The notes beneath the pieces were generated by a model, which did no database searches, was not told the DNA's origin, and was given only the letters and a program-made list of their open reading frames with translations. From a virus: a stretch of DNA of 64,000 bases. How positions within the stretch are numbered: position 1 is the first letter of the stretch; each line of letters begins with the position of its first letter. Shown here piece after piece: positions 59,059-64,000 of the stretch. The position numbers were made by a program, and so were the translations under genes. Location: IMG/VR virus record IMGVR_UViG_3300037116_000074, positions 8,376-72,375 of that record; one strand, given 5' to 3'.

Positions 59059-61029
59059 ATGGAGTTACGCAAATACCAATTAGATTTACTTCAGCAAACC
59101 CTAGCAGCCTGGCAATCATCTGATCGGGTACTACTGCAACTTCCGACCGGCGCAGGTAAGACAGAGTTGGCAATGGAACTCATTCTTCACATTCCCGGTA
59201 CTATATTATTCGTCACCCACCGCAAGGAATTAGTAGCCCAAGCCTCCAAGCGCTTTGCGGAAGTGGGTATTACCCATAGTTTCATATCAGGCGACTATCC
59301 TTGCGATCTATCCCAGCGTGTCCTAATATGCACTATACAAACGTTACATCGAATTAAAGAACGCTTAGATCCAGTACTCATCATTGAGGACGAAGCGCAC
59401 CACAGCACATCGAAGATGTATGAGAATCTACATAATACCTACAATCAATGTAAGTATTTAGGATTAACAGCTACACCGCGATCAAAGATTCCTCTAAGTA
59501 ATCATTACGAAGTGCTGATACAAGGTCCTTCGATTTTAGAGTTAATCCAAGGTGGTTATTTAGCCGAACCAAAGATTGCAGTGCCACCAGAAACGGCTAA
59601 TTTAGTAGAGTCAAATAAGAGTAGCTGGAAAGTTACCGGCGGCGATTATAATCCGAAGGCAATCAATGAATGGTTCGCTGATAATTCCAAGGTTATCTAT
59701 GGTGATGTTATTGCGCATTACCGTACATTAGCAGGTGATAATCCCACATTAGTGTTCTGTCCTTCGGTAAAGTCGGTCTACGAAACTGTACAACTATTCA
59801 AAGATAATGGCATAACTGCTGCTGGTATTGATGGATCGTTAAGCGATGAAGCGCGGCAGGTTATACTTTCGCTATTCGCAAATAGCGAAGTTAAGTGCCT
59901 CATGTCGTGCGATCTAATTTCGGAGGGTTTTAATACGCCGATGGCCAAGGTTGGAATCTTCCTCAGGCCCACCCGCTCTTTAACCATTTATCTTCAACAG
60001 ATCGGCAGATTATTACGCCCCACTCCCGATGGTTCCAAGGCGATTATCATCGACCATGTAAACAATTGTGAACAGTTCGGACCACCCTGGATACAGCGTC
60101 ACTGGAGCCTGGAAGGTTATGGCCAGCGCAGTAAACATGATACCTTAAGTGGTATTAATATGAAGCTTTGTTTACGTTGTGGAAACTATATTGACACCTC
60201 CGCAATGATATGCAAACATTGTGGATATGTATTCAAAAATAAATCAAAAGCATTCAAAGTAATTTACGAAGATTTAAAAATCATCACAATCGAATCAGCC
60301 CAGAAGCTCATTGAATCAACAGTACAGAAAATAATTAATAAGGAACAGTGGAAGATGTTAAAGACTAGAGAAGATTTTGTAGAATTTGCCAAAGCTAAAG
60401 GCTGGGCTAATCCTGAAGTTTGGGCTGATAAAAAATTAGAAGAAAAGAAAGCCGACGATGAAATATTTTTCCGTGGTAATAGAGATCAGTTAATAGTACT
60501 CTATGCTAAGCGTAAAAATGCCAACCCTGGACAGAAGGCTGATGAAGTACTGGCTGAACGTGCTAAACGGGCTACTGATGGCAAGGGCGCAGCTGTCAAT
60601 CAAGTATTTGAAAATGGTACGCTAGCAGAGATTGTCGAATATGTTAAGCGTGAAAAGCCAAACATAAATAATCCTGAAGCCTATGCTCAAGGTGTTCTAC
60701 GTAAGCGCTTAGCACCAGTGTTTGCTGAAGGTACTGAGATACAAAAAGCAGCAGCTCAGGTATTAAGCACTTCAGTAGCACAGGATCGCTACACTAAGAT
60801 GATTGAATTTGCCAAGTCTGGCAAAATCACTCCCCGTGATGAACAAGCTCCACGCGTTCTCACTGATGAAGAAGCGCATAACTTCGCCAAAGCAGTTGTA
60901 AAGAAAGACAATAAAGTCGTAATGGAAACTGGTACGAAAGATCAGGTTGTAGATGTCGCCCGTCAGATGCGCATACCTGAAGATCGTAGAGTAGCATTCG
61001 CTGATGCTGTGCTGGCACAGAGGAAGTGA
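59059..61029 (+). CDS. SF2 (DEAH) helicase with Zn ribbon and repeated C-terminal module
   Basis: LR.YQ, PTGAGKT, DEAHH, TATP, EGF, QQIGR.LR, CxxC..CxxC. Confidence 0.93.
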   Translation: MELRKYQLDLLQQTLAAWQSSDRVLLQLPTGAGKTELAMELILHIPGTILFVTHRKELVAQASKRFAEVGITHSFISGDYPCDLSQRVLICTIQTLHRIKERLDPVLIIEDEAHHSTSKMYENLHNTYNQCKYLGLTATPRSKIPLSNHYEVLIQGPSILELIQGGYLAEPKIAVPPETANLVESNKSSWKVTGGDYNPKAINEWFADNSKVIYGDVIAHYRTLAGDNPTLVFCPSVKSVYETVQLFKDNGITAAGIDGSLSDEARQVILSLFANSEVKCLMSCDLISEGFNTPMAKVGIFLRPTRSLTIYLQQIGRLLRPTPDGSKAIIIDHVNNCEQFGPPWIQRHWSLEGYGQRSKHDTLSGINMKLCLRCGNYIDTSAMICKHCGYVFKNKSKAFKVIYEDLKIITIESAQKLIESTVQKIINKEQWKMLKTREDFVEFAKAKGWANPEVWADKKLEEKKADDEIFFRGNRDQLIVLYAKRKNANPGQKADEVLAERAKRATDGKGAAVNQVFENGTLAEIVEYVKREKPNINNPEAYAQGVLRKRLAPVFAEGTEIQKAAAQVLSTSVAQDRYTKMIEFAKSGKITPRDEQAPRVLTDEEAHNFAKAVVKKDNKVVMETGTKDQVVDVARQMRIPEDRRVAFADAVLAQRK

Positions 61030-61030
61030 A

Positions 61031-61827
61031 ATGTCACACGAACAAGAAATAGATCAGTTTGTAGTAGATCACTTACAGGAATTAATGATCCCAACAATTC
61101 TAGCAAGTAGAATTCAAGCAATTGAAACCTACTTAGGGCAATCCTTTAAGGATTATCAATTAACAGTAGTACCGGATGAATCTAAGGAGCTACCATGTCA
61201 GAATACTTAGACCTACTCATGACCCGCGCAGAGAATGGCTTACAGCATGCCAATGATGCTAGTATTTTGTTCGAAGCATTTAAACATGCTGCGCAGACAC
61301 ATACTGTCCCTGAAGATACTTTGAAATTCTTAAAGCATCACTTAGAACGTGGATATGAGTCGTTTAAAATGAAAGAAAAACAAAAACAAAAACAGGAGCA
61401 TTAAATAATGTTTGAATTAAAATTAGATGTTAAGAAGTTTCTCAGTTTACCGCTGAATGATGGTACAAGGTATTTTGACTTTAGTGGTACATGTGGATAT
61501 ATTACATGTGGATGTATTAAGGGGAATTTTAGTTTATGCAGTAATACGGTTTCAATCGTAGATTCTAGTAAGACCTACCCTCTCAGCTTAGCAGATGTTC
61601 TTGAGTACATCCTACCAATTTCACTTTATACTAATCAATTCGATAGGCAGATTCATTTCACCGATCCTATATTGGGTCAGATCTTGAATCGCGCTGAAGA
61701 TATTTTAAGAACTCATCACCGCCCTCAATATGCCAAACTATTTCTTATTCGCGCATTACGCATGGGTAAATATATTCCACAGGATACTGAAGTTCCAGCC
61801 GGAGTAAAGATATGTCAGACAGTCTAA
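61031..61827 (+). other. three hypothetical genes (61031-61210, 61195-61404, 61408-61827)
   Basis: co-oriented packed ORFs. Confidence 0.55.
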
Positions 61828-62396
61828 CCCAGCGCTACAAAGATGAAGGCATCGACCCGATAACAGGTGCGTTCTGTCTTATCGATGGCAAAGTTTACAT
61901 GACTGTAGCAGGCATGGAAATTAAGGCTATGCGTTCAGGTGTGTTAGCTGGCAAGGGGTCAGTCGTTTTTAGTACGGATGAAATCGAACCAGCCAATCCG
62001 TTTACAGGTGAGTTTGCTAGGTCGCCCCGCTTTGCGACAGCTACTTATAGTAGGTTGATTATGGACACCCCGCGTGAGTTCTCATCAGATCCAGTCAGTT
62101 TTCGTGAATATGCTAAAAAACAGTGGCACTTTGAAAAGCCATTTATGTTCTTAGCAAAGATAGCCAGAGCCTGTGCCTTGCGCCATGCCTTCCCTGATAT
62201 TTTTGCTGGAGTTGTTAGTTACGAAGAGGCACAGTCAGAGTTAAACTTCGGGGATAAGGATATTCCTAAATTATTATCTCCCATTCCTAAAACAGAAAAA
62301 TCTTCACATATGTCTCAGTCAGATGTTATATTACCCACCCCCGATAGTATTAAAGATATGGTAACGAATGTATTTGGTAAGAAGGCGGTGACGTGA
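61812..62396 (+). CDS. Bet/RecT-like single-strand annealing protein
   Basis: EY....W..KP..FL.K.A...ALR.AFP..F.G....EE. Confidence 0.8.
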   Translation: MSDSLTQRYKDEGIDPITGAFCLIDGKVYMTVAGMEIKAMRSGVLAGKGSVVFSTDEIEPANPFTGEFARSPRFATATYSRLIMDTPREFSSDPVSFREYAKKQWHFEKPFMFLAKIARACALRHAFPDIFAGVVSYEEAQSELNFGDKDIPKLLSPIPKTEKSSHMSQSDVILPTPDSIKDMVTNVFGKKAVT

Positions 62397-62692
62397 TGCC
62401 AGAAGTAATAGATAAACCATCAGAAGTTATAATCTCCGACTATCAAACGAAACCAGTACCTCTATGGATTCTTCTGTTACTTAAAGATGAAATTAGTTTT
62501 GCTGAAGATATTCGTAATGCATTAATTCAGATACTTCCCGGTTTTAATGAAGAAAAAGTAGAACATGTTCTTCGTGAATTAACGGTACGTAAAGTATCTA
62601 TTCTTTATCGCGGCCCCAGAGAAATCGCAGAGCATTATGAAGAATTATTAAAGGCTAAGCAGTTGAAAGTTCGGATTGAATCGGAGGTTTAG
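62396..62692 (+). CDS. ClpS-like adaptor with altered binding residues
   Basis: P.W.LLL.DE......I...L...LP.......GP.E.AE.Y...L....L...IE pattern. Confidence 0.75.
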   Translation: MPEVIDKPSEVIISDYQTKPVPLWILLLLKDEISFAEDIRNALIQILPGFNEEKVEHVLRELTVRKVSILYRGPREIAEHYEELLKAKQLKVRIESEV

Positions 62693-62698
62693 GATCGA

Positions 62699-62947
62699 AT
62701 GAGCATCATAACTAGCGCCCCTCAAGACCTGGTGAAAAATATGCAATTTATGGTCAATCAAACCCGCACAATGTATGCTGGTTGGCTGCACTTAAATAAG
62801 GCGCAGACGGTATCGCTAACGACGTTATTTAAGCCTGGTGATTTCGGCCTGCTATGCGCCCGGATAATGTCAGCTAAACTGCGCCGGGGTACTAATTATA
62901 CGATGGGGGCGAAGGAAGATGGTACTGAACAAGGCCCTGTTCTCTAG
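62699..62947 (+). CDS. hypothetical protein
   Basis: packed ORF. Confidence 0.5.
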   Translation: MSIITSAPQDLVKNMQFMVNQTRTMYAGWLHLNKAQTVSLTTLFKPGDFGLLCARIMSAKLRRGTNYTMGAKEDGTEQGPVL

Positions 62948-63362
62948 TAATTCGGATGAGTGGGAAACGCCGCAGAAGTTGTTTGATGAATTAAATGAAG
63001 AATTTAATTTCTATTGCGATTTAGCGTCTACATCCAAAAATGCAAAATGTTCCTACTGGTTAGACAAACATGATAATGCTTTGTTGTATGATTGGACTAA
63101 TTTGCCTATTAGCGAATCCAGGTTTCAATGGCTCAATCCGCCATATAGCAACATAAAAGATTGGGTCAAGAAGGCCTATGAAGAAAATCTCAAAGGCGCT
63201 AAGATTGTTATGCTTATACCCGCAAGAACCGATACAATCTATTTTCACCAGTGGATTTATAAAAATCCTAACGTAGAAATTCGCTTCATCAAAGGCCGAT
63301 TAAAATTTAGTGATAGTAAGAATAGTGCGCCGTTCCCCAGTATGATCGTGGTGTGGAAATAA
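62919..63362 (+). CDS. phage DNA N6-adenine methyltransferase
   Basis: EW.TP..LF..L..EF.F..D, NPPY, L.PARTDT, GRL.F....APF.S. Confidence 0.93.
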   Translation: MVLNKALFSSNSDEWETPQKLFDELNEEFNFYCDLASTSKNAKCSYWLDKHDNALLYDWTNLPISESRFQWLNPPYSNIKDWVKKAYEENLKGAKIVMLIPARTDTIYFHQWIYKNPNVEIRFIKGRLKFSDSKNSAPFPSMIVVWK

Positions 63363-63577
63363 TGAATGAAATACAGTCAATACTCCAAACATGGAACGAC
63401 CTACAACAGATACAATGGGATTGGATTAGGCATGAGCAGAAAGTGAGATCCGAAGAACGCTTCCGGCGGGTATTCGGTTATCCTGGTGAACACCCGGATA
63501 ATACTGCTTACAGGCGTAGATTTTTTAGCGATAGCAAGTCTAGCGACCATAAATCAACGGATCTTCCATCGTCCTAG
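63362..63577 (+). CDS. hypothetical protein
   Basis: coupled ORF. Confidence 0.45.
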   Translation: MNEIQSILQTWNDLQQIQWDWIRHEQKVRSEERFRRVFGYPGEHPDNTAYRRRFFSDSKSSDHKSTDLPSS

Positions 63578-63998
63578 TTCTACCACCCAAGCGCTTCAAC
63601 GCACTGCCACCATTAAGTAAGTAGCGAACACCATGTGTAAAACTATCGACCATATCATCATGAGCACCTGCTGGAAATTTCAGTAATTCTTCGATTAACT
63701 GTTCTTGAGTTACACTAGGTAACCACCTATGAAATATTACGCCACCGGATTCAAGGAACGGACAAATACTATGAAGGCGCTGCTCCTTATCTTCGCCCTT
63801 TTTAATTTTTATTGCTATTACTGGTAGCATCGTTTTTGTTCGTAAGGTTTGAATAGCGCTTTGTCCACTGGCTTTATCTTCAATAATAATTCCTTGAATA
63901 CCGTAAATTTTTACAAAGGCTTTAATCCATTCTATCAGTGCCGGGAAAGTAAGTTTTCTTTTTTCAGCATATAAAATAATAACTTTATTGCGGGTTCG
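63540..63998 (-). CDS. terminase large subunit, C-terminal nuclease domain (5' truncated)
   Basis: frame open to window end: IIEDKASGQ..IQ.L...DK..R....E.G.V....EL..FP...HDD.VDS. Confidence 0.9.
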   Translation of the reverse strand, partial: RTRNKVIILYAEKRKLTFPALIEWIKAFVKIYGIQGIIIEDKASGQSAIQTLRTKTMLPVIAIKIKKGEDKEQRLHSICPFLESGGVIFHRWLPSVTQEQLIEELLKFPAGAHDDMVDSFTHGVRYLLNGGSALKRLGGRTRTMEDPLIYGR

Positions 63999-64000
63999 TT

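Noticed and set aside
4369-63248. Shadow ORFs in the track (e.g. 4771, 8988, 11223, 17518, 19705, 29570, 36763, 43775, 54072, 59778)
   Set aside because: Antisense or alternate-frame overlaps of well-supported genes, with no RBS or motifs
1-64000. Stop-codon reassignment; or eCIS/tailocin rather than phage
   Set aside because: Genes are intact in the standard code using all three stops; capsid, scaffold, terminase and replication genes are present

Overview
The whole window is tailed-phage DNA from a myovirus (contractile tail), truncated at both ends; it looks AT-rich and no integrase, portal, DNA polymerase or host genes are visible. Two convergent virion operons meet at ~14.68 kb. The + strand operon holds the spike, baseplate wedge and fibres. 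The - strand operon starts at ~38.6 kb and runs decoration proteins, scaffold, capsid, neck, sheath, tube, chaperone with -1 frameshift, tape measure, transglycosylase and hub. Then come a nucleotide-metabolism/accessory block (38.6-45.2 kb), a repeat-rich non-coding region that may be the genome end or origin (45.25-46.5 kb), an early-type small-gene array (47-52 kb), replication/recombination genes and the 3' end of the terminase large subunit. Best candidates for an undescribed system: (1) a phage biotinylation pair, a motif-divergent minimal BirA-like ligase plus a stand-alone biotinyl-acceptor domain that heads the virion operon; (2) five fibre/decoration-type proteins with Sec-type signal peptides, within an unusually large predicted secretome (3 PDZ-like proteins, 2 thermonucleases), plus a sedolisin whose N-terminus lies outside the window; (3) two convergent, promoter- and terminator-bounded structured RNA candidates inside the baseplate operon. 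Also noted: a degenerate ClpS, four paralogous Zn-finger HNH nucleases, many apparently leaderless genes, an ATC start codon and a domain shared by four neck/tail proteins. All family assignments are by eye from motifs and synteny; no database search was run.
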